Translations under genes and position numbers: made by a program | Shown here: positions 13,561-28,156 of the stretch, one piece after another | Position numbering within the stretch: the first letter of the stretch is position 1 | Layout: each line of letters opens with the position of its first letter | Notes under the pieces: generated by a model | What the model was told of the DNA's origin: nothing | Databases searched by the model: none | What the model saw: the letters and a program-made list of their open reading frames with translations, nothing else | Assembly (NCBI RefSeq): GCF_018350175.1 | Contig: NC_058368.1 | Location: 29,948,001-30,012,000, forward strand | Direction: 5' to 3' | DNA length: 64,000 nt | From: Felis catus | Taxonomy: Eukaryota

Positions 13561-16500
13561 CAAAAATATTATTATAAGGTGGAGATATTTTACATATATA
13601 TTATGCTTTGGTTATGGTTATGCAAAGATAGTTATGCAAATACTCAGAGTCAGGAGAGAATAGTGCCAGCTAGAATAGATGGGTAAACATTGAGCACAAC
13701 TAAGGTAGCCCTTAGTAATGACAGAATCAAATTGCTGGAAGGAATCTTACAGGTCAACCGGTGGTCCAAACGACTCATTCTACCAATGGAGAAACAGAGG
13801 CTCAGATAAGTTGAATTCCCCAGACTAGTAAATAAATTGGGAGCAGAGGCCAAATTGGACTTATGTGTGACCCTGCTTTTGGAGCTGGTGCTATGTGATG
13901 TGGTGGTTCCCAAACCTGGCAGAGCCCTAGGATATCTTGTGGGCTAAAAAAAAAAAAAGGCTTTTAAGAGAATCTGATTCACGAGGTTGAAGTGAGGCCC
14001 AGGAAAATGGTTTTGCAGTGAGTTCCCTGCTTGAGGACCAGCTCCCTGGTGAGCTTTAGGAGCACTGAACTGGGAGCTACAGACCCAGCACTTTCTCTCT
14101 CCTGCTGTGGGAAAGCCAACCTGGGCCATTCTTAGTCTTCTCTGGCTCTTGAAGGGGTTGCCCTGGTTGAGATCCTGGGTACCTCTGTTGCTCATCAGCA
14201 CTCTGTTATATCACATTAGCTTAGCCTGGGACTGAAGTTTGGGTAGGGTCTGGCCAACAGAGGTGATGGCAGGAAGGTGGGGCTGTGAGACAAACCTGGC
14301 TGGGGAGGTGGTTCCTGAGGGAAGGAGAGGAGGCCTGATCACATAGCTAGGAAAGGGCTCAAGGATGGAGAGCTCTGTGGTATGTGTGTGTATGTGGGGG
14401 GGGGGGGGACATCATTTTATAGTGGAGCACGTGCTAGGTTGTGTTCTGTGGTGGAACATGAAGCCTTTGAGATGCTCTAAAAGAGATCTCTGTGCACATA
14501 AGTTTGGGGAGATGCTACATATTGCATCCCTGTGAGATTCATAATGCACAGGGAGAGCTCTGATGAATTTTATTAACTTCACTTAGACTGGAATGTTCCA
14601 AATGTATCGGATCACAGGGCACTTCAAAAACAAAACAAAACAAAACAAAACAAAACCATTAAGTAATGTTCCACGGAACACATTTTGGGGAACACTGTTA
14701 CAGCAAATAGAGTCATTATGAGTTCTGTGCTCGGTCTTAGAGAACTTTTAGAGGAACTCAGGGAAGTGATCATTAGAAAGAGCACTTAAGAAGAGCAGGA
14801 AATGAACTGGAATTTCTCAGCCTAGAGGAGAGAAGCTTTACGCGATGCATTTTTAGTTATATGAATTGGTATAATGAGGGATATGATTGATTGTTCTTCA
14901 TATTCACGGAGCATCAAGCCAGAAGGAATGGGCTTAAGAGTTAGGCCTAGAGATTTAGGAGGGAGAAAACGGAAATCTTTCTGATAAGGGATATAAACTA
15001 GGATAGTTTGTCTAGGGAAATAACACAATTTCCAGAGTCTCATCCATTTCATGGAATAAAATCAGAAAGGAAGCCTAGATAACGACGGACTCAAGTCCCC
15101 GGCATTTTCTTCTCTGTCTTTTGATCTTCAGGGATCTATGTACTTACACGGATGACACAGAGCAGCCTCGCAATCTGAACAAAGATCCAGCAGGTTAGAG
15201 AACCATAGATTCAGAAAGAACTCAACCTCTTCTCCAACTTCCTACCAAAGTGGGCGTCATTTTGGCAACACTCTTGCCCCCTGGCCTTCAGGAATATGCT
15301 GGGAACACCTCCAATGACAGAGAAATTGTTCCTTCTCTAAGCAGCTCATTTCATTTATGGATGGCTTAAATTGTCCGGCAGTGCGGCCTTACCACAAACC
15401 AAAATATGTTTCAACTCATTTTACACATTTCAGAGCTGGCTATTTATGTCAGAGCTCCACAGAGCATGCTTGTTACTTTTTCCCTATGAGATGACCATTC
15501 AGATGTCCAAAGACAAATATCGTATCTGCACTAATACCTCCCCAAGACAAATCGTCCAAGTCATTCAGCTGTTTCTCCTACCCCACATTTCTAGAAACTT
15601 CACCACGCCTCCAGTGAATATGGGTTGATCATCGTGAACTGCAGCTGGGTTACGTCCCCTCTGGCACTGGCAGAGTCCCGCTGCAGAGAGCCATGCGTGC
15701 AGGGTGAGTCTCTAGGACAGAGCACTCAGGCCAGTCTAGGATGTCTGGAGGGCTGGTCCCGCAGATCTATCCGGTCTCTCAACACGTAGGATCGAGAGGC
15801 CACTAGAAGGAACGAAATACACACTGATATAAAAAAAAGGTTGATGAGCACTAGCTTGGCAAGGTCATGGACTCTCAGGAAAGGGCATTGTGCCAGAGCT
15901 TTAGGGGTTAGAAAGGGTCAGACCTATGATTTCTCCAAGTCCCTGAGTGCACTAGCTGAAGCCGCTTTGTGAACCTATTAATGGGGTGAAATATGGAAAT
16001 GCAGGAGATGTCCCTGTAGCCTCCTGTGTCGCATCTTCCCAGCAGTTACGCCATTGCTAGGGGGAGTAGGAAAAGAGGTTTGGAGGGGCTCTGTACCTGG
16101 GGGTGTACAGGAGGCGTTCCTGTGGGGGTGGGCAGGAGTCACTCCCAGAAATACTCGTCGTGGCCCTCACTGGGACCACGCCTGCCCCAGACCTCACCGG
16201 CCTGAAAATACAAGCCAGACTTTATCCATTTGTTCAGTTCTTTCCGCTTCCAATAAAAACAAAACAAAAAACAAAACAAAAAACTGCTCTTCTCAGTTCG
16301 TGTTGGTTAGCAATCTTGTCACTCAGTTAATGAAAATACTTCCCCCCCACCGCCCCTGCACAAACCACTATCAAGTTCTTCCTCATAATGCAGTAAATTC
16401 TTTGAGTCTGAATGCAGGATTTTACATTTGTCCTTGCTATATTTTTATTTATATGACTTTATTGATGATTTGTAAAATTGTTTCTTTTGAAGTGCTGGAT

Positions 16501-19500
16501 ATTCCTGATATCTTGGAGTCTCTGCTTTTGATAAACAAGCCTTCCACCTCTTCCTCAAAGCCTTGGTACGGGCACGCCAGAAAAGGATCAGGGGCGAGAG
16601 TTTTGTGGCTTGCTGCTAGAGACTTCTCTTGAGTGGGACACCAGCCCTTTCATCAACTCTTTGGGTTAAAATGTCCAGAATGAAAATACAATACATTCAT
16701 AGAGTAGGACGATTGTCTCTCCGTGTTTCTCCGTCTTGTTCACAGAGAAAGGAAGGCTACTGAAATCAAGATACATTATGCAATAGTTTGATTTTTTTCC
16801 CCCTTTCTGTCTGATATTCATGGGAAATTGGACTTGCTGGGAGACTGATGGTGTCTTTTAGCAGACGGAATTGCTAACTCTGGGTGAAAGAAGTGTTGCC
16901 CTCCCACTCACAGGCACGTCCCCTGAGGAACAAGGAACAACTGCCTTTCACAGCGTGGAGCTCCAACTCTTGGAGCAGTTTACATGGCCTTAGCCAATTG
17001 GCTCCCTTTTCTAGCCTGGTCTTTCTTTGCTTTCCCCCTCTGCTCCAATCCTCTTAATAGGGCCACACTCCCTAAACTTGCAGCTATTAGTGCTTTCCTC
17101 CCAGTTCCTGAACACAGGATACTCTTCTCCCTCCATTTTGTTTGACTACCTCCTGCACAGCCGTCCCTTGAGGGCACTAACCTCCACGTCTCCAGGCTGG
17201 ATCAGGTGTCCTTCCCATGCACTCCCTCCCATCCAGACTTACCCCTGTAGTAACACCTGCCACTCAGGTGTCCTGGCAGATGGACTTCTTCCACTTGGCT
17301 GTTAATTCCTTGAGTGGAGACTGTGTCTGGTGCAAGGCAGGCTCTCAGTGAGACAAGTAGAAACCACCAGGCTGGGAGATCACAGGGTCTGAAGACATAT
17401 TCGAATATTCTGAAAGAGCTCAAGGTCCTTTGTTGATATTTAGGATCTGGCCGTGAGCAAGTCATTGTCTTTTGGGGCTTCAGTTTTTTTATCTGTGAAA
17501 TGAAGATGATCTCTAAGACTCTAAGCTAATGCAACAAAGAGCCTTCAATTGGAAACTTGAAGTCCTGACTTTGACCCGCAGAGAGATTGGGAAAGACATT
17601 TAACCCACTCACTTCTCTGAGTCTCAGTTTCCTTATTGATAAAAAGGCTGACCTCTGTGCAGTTGGGTGGTGTTGGAGACAGACAGGTGGCTGTTGAGCA
17701 AGTCACTTCGTGCCTCAGTTTCCTCAGTTACAAATCCTCATTGCTCGGCGGCATCCTGGTGAGGACTAAATGAGCTATAACCCTGGTAACTAGGGAAGAG
17801 GATAACAACATATCGAACACCAACTCTGTGTTACCTGCATTTGCTATAGAACTTGATCCTGCCAATAACCTATGTGATAGGTTTTACAAATCTCATTTTC
17901 AAGAAGTGGTTCAAGGTCACACTGTTTGTAATTGGCAGGCGGGCTTCCCAGGGCGACTCATGCCTGTCCCATTTCACCCTGTGGCTCCGTTCCTCCTTTG
18001 TTCAGTGCTCAGCACTGGGCTCTTTCCGCCTTTCGAGGTCCAAGTCTGGCTGCAGGACCCGCTCCAGCCCCAGGAAGGAGCCCATGCTAACATGAGCCTC
18101 CCTGGCTTGCAGATGGAGCGAGGTCTGGCTGGAGCCTGCTGGCAGTGAGGGCATGGCTGGCTCGAAGCCCCGCTCACGATCTTTCTCCGGAGTGGAGGTG
18201 GCTGGGGGGGGGAGCAGGCACAGAGGCGTCCAGGCAGCGTGCATGGTTTATAAAAAGCCATCAGGAGCACTGTCCTGGGACTGCAGTCATTTATCCGCAC
18301 TTTTTCCTTGTAAAATGTTACTGACTGTTTTACACCAAGGGCAGTTTATCCTGAATGGGATGTACAGGCATTCAATTCACCTCTACTTTTTGCCAACTCT
18401 GCTTTTTCCCCCCCTTGCTTCTGAAGTTATATATGGTTCTGAGAGAGGAAGCCATTTTCTATCTGAGGGAAAAAAAGAGCTGACGGCTTTAAAGAGAAAC
18501 CTTCCATCATAGGAGAGAACATTTGGTTGGAGAGATAATGCCTTTGTTTTTAAAAATGGAACCCTGCTTCAGTGGTATTACATTCTTCTGAAATTGACCC
18601 CATTTCCGGTCAGATGCTAAGAACATTACAGAGGTGATCTGTATCAGTGTTCCTCGTGAGGGGAAAGTGGAGGAGAGATATGATCAGCCCCATTTTTCAA
18701 ATGGGGAAATTGAAGCTCAAAGTGGTTAAATCACTTGTTTAAGAACCCAGTGGAAGGCTGCTGGGGCAAATTGGGGTTAATAATGGAGAACGGAAAGAGA
18801 GAGCCCACCTCTGAACCAGATGCTGCCCCTCTCCTGCCCCCCCCCCCCCCCCCGCCGTACTTCTCCCCAGTTTGTGAGACAGGTATCGCTTTGTGCTCCA
18901 TTGCAAATGAAGAGACTGGGTTTCTGTGACATTAGCGATTGGCTGAAAGTCACACACTTTGTTATCGCAAAGCAGGTCTCAAGCCCAAGCCTTCTGAATC
19001 CAGGCCCTCCAGCTGCTGCCCTTAGTACCAGCCACTTGCCTGCCCCAGCTTTCGCGGAGAATCTAAATATAATGGATTGCTGCTGCAGAATGCCAGGATA
19101 TTTTAATTTATAGAAAAGAATAATGGGGTTCAGGTGAATGCCCTCTTCTGTATATTCTCTTTGGAATGAGGCTTAGCTTTATTGTCCCTTTCACTTCCCG
19201 TTAGTTCTAGCTAAAGTGATTCCATAATGACATATAAACCCAAACATGAGTAATTGATGGCAGCCTCAGGAGCTTGAGCAGAATAAAACCAGACCGACTA
19301 GAATCTCCAGGGTGAAGAATTAACATTTATTGGTTTAGTGAAATGAATTTATGTCCCAATAAAGCTGGTTACGGACTAGACAGTGATTTAATGAGGTGCC
19401 TTCTGTAAAAAGAGCAAATATGAACTTCTGGGTTTGGGTTAGGGTGTAACTGAAATGGCACCTACTAAACCAGTTTTTCATGTGGGTTAAGAAAAACCCA

Positions 19501-19979
19501 TGAAATTTCCTCAATCCATGAAATTTGTGTTTAACCCATTTTGCTTCTATAGAGTTGAAAGTTGAAGGGACATTGAATCAGCATCTCTAAAACCATGAAC
19601 GGTACATTTGTTCATGGCTCCCACCAGATCAGGACTCTGAGCACTCCTGGAAGCTTGAAGAGTGAGTATTAGGACAAATGGCATCAGAAAAGAAAAGAGG
19701 AAACAACTTAATCTAGATATGCATGACACCATTTAGGTCTATCGGTTCTTGTTCTGGGTCTGTAGGAAGATGGGGAGGGAAAGGGTGGAGAGAATAAAGG
19801 TCCAAGGTGCCTTGTCAGGGGTGGGGCAGTGAGCAGAAAAGGATGTCCTTGGCAATTGTCCCTTGGCCATCGGACAGTCCGTATCTGCCATCATAAGCCA
19901 AGACCATCCCTGCCCCCGCCCCTGCTCTCTTTGCTTCTTCATTAACAGAACTGAGGAATTGGTTTGCTTTGATAATAAA

Positions 19980-20875
19980 ATTCTCAGGCCCCAAGCATCA
20001 GAGTCATGTTGACTCTTTTTATCTTGCAGCCCACATCTACCATCAGAAAATCCCAAAGGCTCTCCTTTCAAAATACCTCTAAAGCTTTGCCATTTTTCAC
20101 CACATCCACTGCTACCTTCCCAGTTCAGCCGCCTACCCTCTCTTCGCCTGGGCAACTGCAATGGCATCCTAATTGGTCTTCCTCCTTCTATTCTGGAGTC
20201 TCCCTCCCAACTTCCACACACACATTTACAATCTGGACTTACTGGAGTGGCCGGAGGGGGGTGCTTTTCGAATAATAGTCAGATGCTGCCTCCTCTCTGC
20301 TCCAACCTGCCGGTGGCTCACCATCTCACACAGAGTGAAGCAAAAGTCATTGTAATGACTCACCAACCCTTCCAGAGCTGGGCCCTCTCCAGGCACCCCT
20401 GCTCTCTGACCTCTGTCCCTATCACTGTGTTCCTGTAGCTTCCTGCTGTGGCCTCGTTGGCCTCCTTGCTTTTGCTCTTCTTCTGCCTCTGCCTGTCTGC
20501 TGGCACTGCTCTTCTCTCAGACATCCGGGTGGCTGGCTCCTTGACGGACTTCACGGTTTTACGCACTCTCGCCTTCACAGCGGAAGTCCACTCTGCCTAC
20601 CCCCATTTAATGCTGCAGCCCCTCCAAGCCCCTCAAGTGCTCCTGATCCTCCTTATCCACCTCTGCTTTTCCCAGAGCACCCGTTACTTTTGGAAATGTT
20701 TTCTAATTCACTTATTTATTCTGCTTTTGTTTATCTATGACTCTCTCCTTTGAATGTGAGCTCTGCAAGGACTGGAATCTTTCTGTTCTGCTCACCGATG
20801 CAACCCCAAAGTCTAGGACAGTGCCTGGCACGTCAGAGGTGCTCTGTAAATGCTTGTTCAATGAATGAATGAATG
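19980..20875 (+). mobile_element. L2 (L2a-like) 3' part
   Basis: L2 motifs ending in CTAGGACAGTGCCTGGCACGTCAGAGGTGCTCTGTAAATGCTTGTTC followed by an (AATG)n tail. Confidence 0.85.
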
Positions 20876-20991
20876 GGAAGTCTGCTGAAAGTCATCCTAG
20901 AGTAGATTTCATACTGACGTGAGAAGCAGGAGTAATTCAATTTTGTTTTCACTGTTGGATATATTTGCAGCTTGACTTTTCTTACGTGTTT

Positions 20992-21223
20992 TTTTTTTTT
21001 AATTAAAAAAAATTTTTTTTCAACGTTTATTTATTTTTGGGACAGAGAGAGACAGAGCATGAATGGGGGAGGGGCAGAGAGAGAGGGAGACACAGAATCG
21101 GAAACAGGCTCCAGGCTCTGAGCCATCAGCCCAGAGCCCGACGCGGGGCTCGAACTCACGGACCGCGAGATCGTGACCTGGCTGAAGTCGGACGCTTAAC
21201 TGACTGCGCCACCCAGGCGCCCC
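20992..21223 (-). mobile_element. Young, CpG-rich full-length SINEC_Fc
   Basis: Intact body (CCCGACGCGGGGCTCGAACTCACGGACCGCGAGATCGTGACC) with TSD ACGTGTTT at 20984 and 21224. Confidence 0.95.
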
Positions 21224-22164
21224 ACGTGTTTGTTTTTAACTCTGGAAAATAAGATACATTGAATTGGATTCAAGCGGCATTTTCTATGGCTACAAGGTCT
21301 TGAGATCGTGGGCAAATGAACTGCAGTTAGATGAAGAGGATTTTTATTTGAAGAATTCCTGTTAAATTCTATCTTATTGGGGCATATTGGAAAATTTGAA
21401 ATTTGAAACTAAGTGGAATAGCATTAGGAAAAGTGTACCCTCCTGTAATGTCACCATTGACACTGACAAAATATTTGAGCGCCCACTGGGTGCAGAGCAG
21501 TGGAAAAAAAAATCCCGTTAAATGTGTGGCACACACATCTGTGCCGCTGTGAGGCCAGATGTTCTAGTTGTGGGAGTTTTATGTTTCCAGTACTTCTAAA
21601 CAGGAATGTCAGATTTCGTGCATTTAAATTAACGCTGTGAGGAGTATCTGTTAAATGTAAGATGTGGTCAACAGTGAAGAAAGCAGAAGCTGATTGGCTC
21701 AAGCAGAAATATCCTGCAGCCCTTGGCATGATTTTTTCTTATTGTACTTTATCAGACAAAACGTAGACCATAGTTGTCATCCTAATTCACATTTGTTTAG
21801 CACCGTGCCGCTTACAAAGCACTTGCTTGTAATAGATCATCTCAAGTGTATCGTCTCTGGGAAAAGATTTGCCCAAGCCATTGTCTCTCCTGTTGTAGTT
21901 GGTATGTAGAGTTTGGTTTTGCAGCCCTGGGGGCAAACTGTTCAGTGTTGTGTGGGTGAAAAGGAACCCAAGACTAGGGGGCGGGCCACAGGGCACTCAC
22001 ACATGTGCATCCAGAGCACAGGCTTCGCCACCGTGCCTCCTGGTTTCAAATCCAGGTTTGCCTTCTACTTGCTGTGACTCTTGTGCCTCATTTCATCATC
22101 TGTAAAATGGGGTTAGTAACAATAGCTCCTTATAAGACACCTAGGAGAATGGAATGAATTTCTT

Positions 22165-22332
22165 TCTTTTTTTAAATGAGAGAGAGAGAGAGGGAGACAC
22201 AGAAAGAATCCCAAGCAGCCTCCATGCTCAGTGTGGAGCCCGACATGGGACTCGATCCCACAGTCCTGGGATCATGACCTGAGCTGAAATCAAGACTCTC
22301 AAACTCAACCGACCGAGCCACCCAGGTGCCCC
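22165..22332 (-). mobile_element. CAN-SINE inserted in a MIR
   Basis: GAATCCCAAGCAGCCTCCATGCTCAG...GATCATGACCTGAGCTGAAATCAAG...GAGCCACCCAGGTGCCCC. Confidence 0.88.
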
Positions 22333-24280
22333 AAATTCCTAAGTGGAGAGTACTTAGAGCAATTCCTGGTATCTGGGAAATCTCCCATGCGTGCGAGCTG
22401 TTAGTATCAGTGAACGGACCTGCTTGTCCCTCATATTTCTTTCACTTTGTTGGTCAGACTATTGGAAAATTTCTTCTTTGGGTCACTCTTTTGGATATAT
22501 GATTTTTACATTGTTAAGAGATAGAACCATAGGAGAATCAGATGAAAACTGTGGATTCCTTCTCCAGAACAACAGGCATATTCACATGTGTTGACATTTT
22601 TGCTTACAATTTCAGGAAGTTTGTAAATTTCTGAAATCCAGAGGAAGGATCTCCAGGTGAGAGTACTGTGTCTCCAGAGGCTCACATTAGATTGTCCCTG
22701 CTTGAGCCATCACATTATGCCACCCATGCCTGTGACCACAGAGCAGGAACCATTTGACATATCACATTTAGAACCTGGATCACTGGAAGAGATGACTCAG
22801 GGGATTCTGTTGTGTCCCATGAGGGAATAAACAGAGGGGACACAGACAGTGGAATAGGTGTCTTTAGAGACCAGCTTTCTTCACAAAATCACTCTCCTGG
22901 GGCACCTCTTCTCAACGATGCCCGGCTGCCTGGCTCTGCTCCAAAACTTGAGTAAGCCTGACATTCTCTCCTTCAGCTTCCTCCTGTGCTCAGTGACTTC
23001 TCCCTGGGGCAGCCAGCTGCTGAGAAGCCCTGAGAGGGAGGGAGTCATCCCGATGAAAGTGAAGAGGGTCTGAGCAGATCATAGCAGCAAGAGTGATCTG
23101 ACAAAGGGAGTTATACCGTGGAGGCAGAGCTGTATAATTGGATGTCAATATATGTAATTCAAAACTCAGTCTCCAGGTATCCCAACTTCCCAGGGAGATG
23201 AAAAAGAATCTTTCAGTATGAAAGCTTGTTACATCTCAAAGCACGCTGGTGTTTCCCAAGGACAGAGCGAGAAAGTAGAGTCACAAGAGCTGCTGCGACA
23301 TGGCATGTCATTGTCACCTTCTCCCATCACAGTCGGAGGGGCCTTTAGATTTCTCTTTTGTGTCTCTTCTTCTTCTGCAGCTCCCTAGGACAGGGCAGGG
23401 TGGTGCCATGGCCAGCATGTGGCTTGTGGAGGTAGCAGCCTCGGAGTTTGGACACAGATCCGTTCTGTGGAGGAAAATGCTGATTCTCCATGTTTTCTCT
23501 CCTTCTGGAAGAAGATAATAAAAGCTTCTTTTTTTTTTTCCCCTCTTGGGGACTTGGTGAAGATTAATTAGATGCTGCCTACAAAGTGTTTTAAGCTCTG
23601 GCAGAAGAAGGTGCTAAGCATTATTTCAAAAGTTAGCTTCTTTAACCCATTCTGTGTGACAGGAATCTCCATCCACTAATCGGGGTCTGGGTGGATGCAA
23701 CCCATTCTCCAAAGTAAAATGGCTGGTGGGGGATGGGGGTAGTGGGGGTCTGATGGTGGAAACAGAGGCCAATTTCATCCACTCGCTTCAAATGGAAGAC
23801 CTTATTATGAACTGAGGGTGCTGATTGAACACACCAGGAAGAGACAGCAGATGCAGCCAGGCAGGTGCTGCCAGAGCAGGTGGGGGCCCCTCTGAGACTT
23901 CTTGCCTTAGGGGTTGGTGATAAAGGGAGGGGGGACTCATGACTGAGAATGGGGTAGCCAGAGGCCCCCAAATGGGAGTTTCTGCCTGGCTTCCTGCAAG
24001 GCAGAGGGACAGACTGGAATACTTTGGCCAGGAAAAGTCAACTCATTCACTGCCCTTCTTCACTGCCCAAGCTTAGAAGTAGACCCAGGGTAGATTAACT
24101 GTACCCCACTGTATCCCGGTGTGTGGTGAGACCCAGTGTGAGAAGGATCTTCTCAGATGGTCTTCCACACTTCCAGAGGAAAGTGTAATCAGACCCCTAT
24201 TCTAAAATTGAGGATAAGGTCTTGAATCAAGAAAATTTCTTTCACTTATTCATTCACTACATATTTATTAGGCATCTCTG

Positions 24281-24485
24281 ATTTTTAAAAAATGTTTAGA
24301 GAGAGAGAGAGAGAGTGAGCAGGGGAGGGGCAGAGAGAGAGAGAGGGAGAGAGAGTCATAAGCAGGCTGTGCACTGTGAACACTGAGCCTGATGTGGGGC
24401 TTGATCTCACGAACGGTGAGATCATGACCTGAGCTGAAATCAACAGTCAGACGCTGCTTGACTGACTGAGCCACCCAGATGCCCC
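24281..24485 (-). mobile_element. CAN-SINE inserted in an antisense L2 relic
   Basis: SINE body with a short TSD TAGGCAT on both sides. Confidence 0.88.
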
Positions 24486-26540
24486 TAGGCATTTACGACT
24501 GATCATAGTTCTGCATAGTGGAGGCACAGCTGATCAAGATGGTCAAAGTATGCCTAAGGAGCTTGCATTCTAGCAGAAGAGACGGCCAATAAATGAGTAA
24601 ACCAACTCCCTCTTTGTCGATATCTGAATGTAAGTTCTACAAGGGCACACTGTTTGTTTGTAAATGCTGTTTTGCTCATTGCTGTGTTGCCAGCCCTGGA
24701 AGCTAGGTATTGGGTGCTCAATAAGTCTAAGGTTCTGTAGGCTTTAGTAAAGTTTGGGGAAGAACAATAGGTTTTAAGCACAGGAAGTGTGAAATTTACT
24801 TTTCATTTTGAAAAAGACCACTCAAGTGCCTTATAAACATGGGTGAATGAAGGGTGGCTGGGTCACGAAGATTACGAGTGTGAGGCATGGGGCAAGGTCT
24901 AGGGAGAAGTTCCAGCAAGGAGGAGGGGTCTTGTATGGCATTCTTGCTGAGGTCTGTTGAATTTACATTGTGTGAACGATTTTGCCTTTTAGATCCCTCC
25001 CCCCATCTTTAGGAAGCTTTTAGTGCCTTCTTCATTTCCTATTGGTTTTGATAAATTTTGCTGAGACACCGCGTCCTCCTTCATCTGTTCCTTGGCAATA
25101 TTTTACGTTGTTGCTAGTGCCAGAGAGTTCAGAAAAGCTTGGGTCTTCTTCTGGGTAAGACACTCACAAGGGCTGGCTAGACCCCTCCCTGCTGCTGCCT
25201 TCTCGCCCACCAGTTACAGAGATAATGCATGGGACTACTGGCAAGAACAGATAATGGTTCTTTCATTGGGTTAACTGTAAACCCCCAGGGACCTTCCCAG
25301 GCCCAAGCAGGTGGCCTTATATACTGTGGGTAGGCGGGAGATATTCTCCAGGAAATGATTGCCAGCCAGGTAGTCACTGGACACTGCTGTGACACACTGA
25401 TGAGAGCTAATGAAGGCTGTAGACATTTCCCCCAGCATAGGCACATTCACCAAAATTGTGCTCATTAGTTAATCAAAATTGTGTGCTAATTAATTAACTA
25501 AAATTGCGTGCTGTCTGAAAGGTCTGATGGAACCCTTGATGTTCCAGCTCCGGAACCTCGAGGGGTACATGGAGACAGGTTCAAAGTCTCTGAAGGAAGC
25601 TAGACCCTAGATGCCATCACTGCCTTGGAGGTAGTCACTGGTCATTGCCACCGATATAACCCATCAAAACCCTGCAAACCAGGCTGACACAGACCACAAA
25701 AAACAGTGACTGAAAATGGAGTCACTCACTTCTTTCCTGAGCTTCAGGGTCTTCAACCACAAGATAGGGGTAATGATACCTCCCTACTTAACTCATAAGG
25801 TTATTGTGGGCATCAAAGTGATTTTAAACTATTATATATTGCTTGGGAATCAAAAATCCAACTGCCTCTTAGGATGGAGTTGGAGTCCAGGCAACTAACA
25901 TAGATTTGTTAATTGGGGCCAGATGTAAGAGAATAGAGAATGGTGAGGCCTGTGGCACACTTGAGACATGCATTTTGTAAAATTCAAGATTTATGAAACA
26001 ACGTAGAACCAATTGTGGATGTTACAAAACCTCTGTGGGCTAAATTTGGCTTTGGGCCATGAGTTTTAAATTCCTAAAAAATGTTAAGTAAGGCACTCTA
26101 TTAGTTGTCGTGTGGGGAGTCCAGATGGGACAACCAAGGCCTATGTCTTGTGTACAGAGTAGAAGGCTGATCATTTAGTGTGGTTTGGAGGGGCTTCTCC
26201 TTCAAAAATCTCCTTCTTAGGCCTTCCAGGAACCGAAATCCTAACCATTAGTATATGGGGGGTGGGGTAGGAACAGCGATGATTAATTAAAGGATTAATG
26301 GTTCTCATTAAGATGTAAATATGTTATCTATAATGGAAAACCTATTGATTCTGTTTTGGCCATTTACACTCAAGCATTTTAAGACAGTAATCAAAAACTC
26401 CTGTAAACTGTAATTATACGCTTTAGATTTAATACTGCAATTTGACTACCTACTATGTACAAGGTGCTTGGATTTCATACATGAATACAACTTGACCCTG
26501 CCTTCAAAGGCATTTGACTGTAAGGGCCAACATGTTGCCT

Positions 26541-26768
26541 TTTTTTTTTTTAATTTTTTTAAATGTTTATTTACTTTTGAGAGAGAGAGAGAGAGACAGA
26601 GCGCAAGTGGGGGAGGGGCAGGGAGATAGGGAGACACAGAATCCAAAGCAGGCTCCAGGCTCTGAGCTGTCAGCACAGAGCCTGATGTGGGGCTCGAACC
26701 TGTGAACTGCGAGACCATGACCCGAGCCGAAGTCAGATGCTTAACCGACTGAGCCACCCAGGCACCCC
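26541..26768 (-). mobile_element. CAN-SINE (SINEC_Fc type)
   Basis: Full body with TSD CCAACATGTTGCCT at 26527-26540 and 26768-26781. Confidence 0.93.
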
Positions 26769-28156
26769 CAACATGTTGCCTATTTCTTTACCACTGGATA
26801 TCTGGACCCCCACGTGGCCCCAGACATAGTGGGAGCTTAACAAATGGATGGGAGCTAGGCATTGCCACAATCCTCTGCAATTCATGACGGATGCAGGAAG
26901 TGAACGATAGTGGGGACTGTGGGTGAGTTTATCAGATTAACTCTAGAAGGGAGGGAAGAGCAGGGAGAGAGACACAGGTGGTGGGCCAGGGACTGGGGGT
27001 TGATGAGGAAACAGAGGATACTGCTGGGAAGCCCTTTCCCCAGAAGGTTTGGGGAGCTTGCATGGTGGAATCTCTGGGGGAGGAAGATGTCAATGGGCAG
27101 GGGGAACCAGGGAAGAGCAGGAACTGGGGGAACCAGCTGGAGCAGAGTGGATAAAAGGAAGGTTCTGGGGACCCAGGGGGGCTGGTGGTGACCAGCTGAG
27201 AAGGCAGTGTCTGGTGGGCACTCAGGTCAAGTTGCTAGCAGGCTTCTAGCCTGGGACGGCTTCCCAGGGGACCCTACCAGGCAAGCAGAGAGCCACAGAG
27301 GCTGGACGTGCAGGTGGCACTGGGCTCTGTTGCTATAGTCGGCCTCATGAGAAGGTTCCTTGGGTACCAGTGACAGGCTTTTCTGTGAGCCCGGTGTTCT
27401 CAGAATTACCCTGCACCTGGTGAAAAGGGTTATCTCACAGTCCTCCCAGGATTAAGTGATAATTTTAATAACCGCAGGCTTTTATGTTGGTAATGCGCCC
27501 CTGATAACAGAACTGCTAACTGCAGCTCTTATCAATGGCCGTTAGGACAAGATGGTTTGAAGTGAAAGCAATGCTTTCTGGTGTAACTTGGACTCTCTCC
27601 CAGGTTTGGCAACTTGTGTTAGTTCAAGGTCAGAACATCCTGTTAGAGCCTGGAGGCTAGGATTTGAGCTTGACTCATAGATTTGCGGGTAGCATTAACG
27701 TTTTTTTCCTGCTGCCCATAGCCTCACTTGCAACATTTCAGCCTCGTTTTCTGCTGGTCCAACGTTCAGTACAAGGAGCTGATGTTTGCAAACCTGGAAC
27801 TACCCAGTAATCCCACTTCTCTAGCTTCTAAAAGCCTTGATTTGCTCATTTAAAAAATGGAGGCAATCATTTCTAACTCACCAGTTGCTGTGAAGATGTG
27901 TAGTGTGGTTGAAAGAACATGGCGTTTGGAGTCAGAGGGACGGGCGTTTTCATTTCTTGTCTTCTATTTACCACATTACTATGTGGTCTTAGTTATTAAT
28001 AACTTGTTAAGAGTCTCAGTTTCCTAAGTTGGTACAATGCACATGATCCTAGTGACCTTCATTTGGCACGTAGAAGGCAATCCTAGATGATAGTGCCCCC
28101 CACTTTCTTCCTCATCTGTATGGCTCATCCTTAAAGTCTTCATTCCCTTGTGGAAG

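Noticed and set aside
16054..16632. 192-aa ORF
   Set aside because: Non-ATG start, includes an (AAAAC)n run and probable L3/CR1 relic sequence, with no protein-family resemblance.
21037..21252. Nearly identical ORFs MGQRETEHE... here and at 49950-50156, suggesting a duplicated small gene
   Set aside because: Both are translations of the antisense strand of young SINEC_Fc copies.
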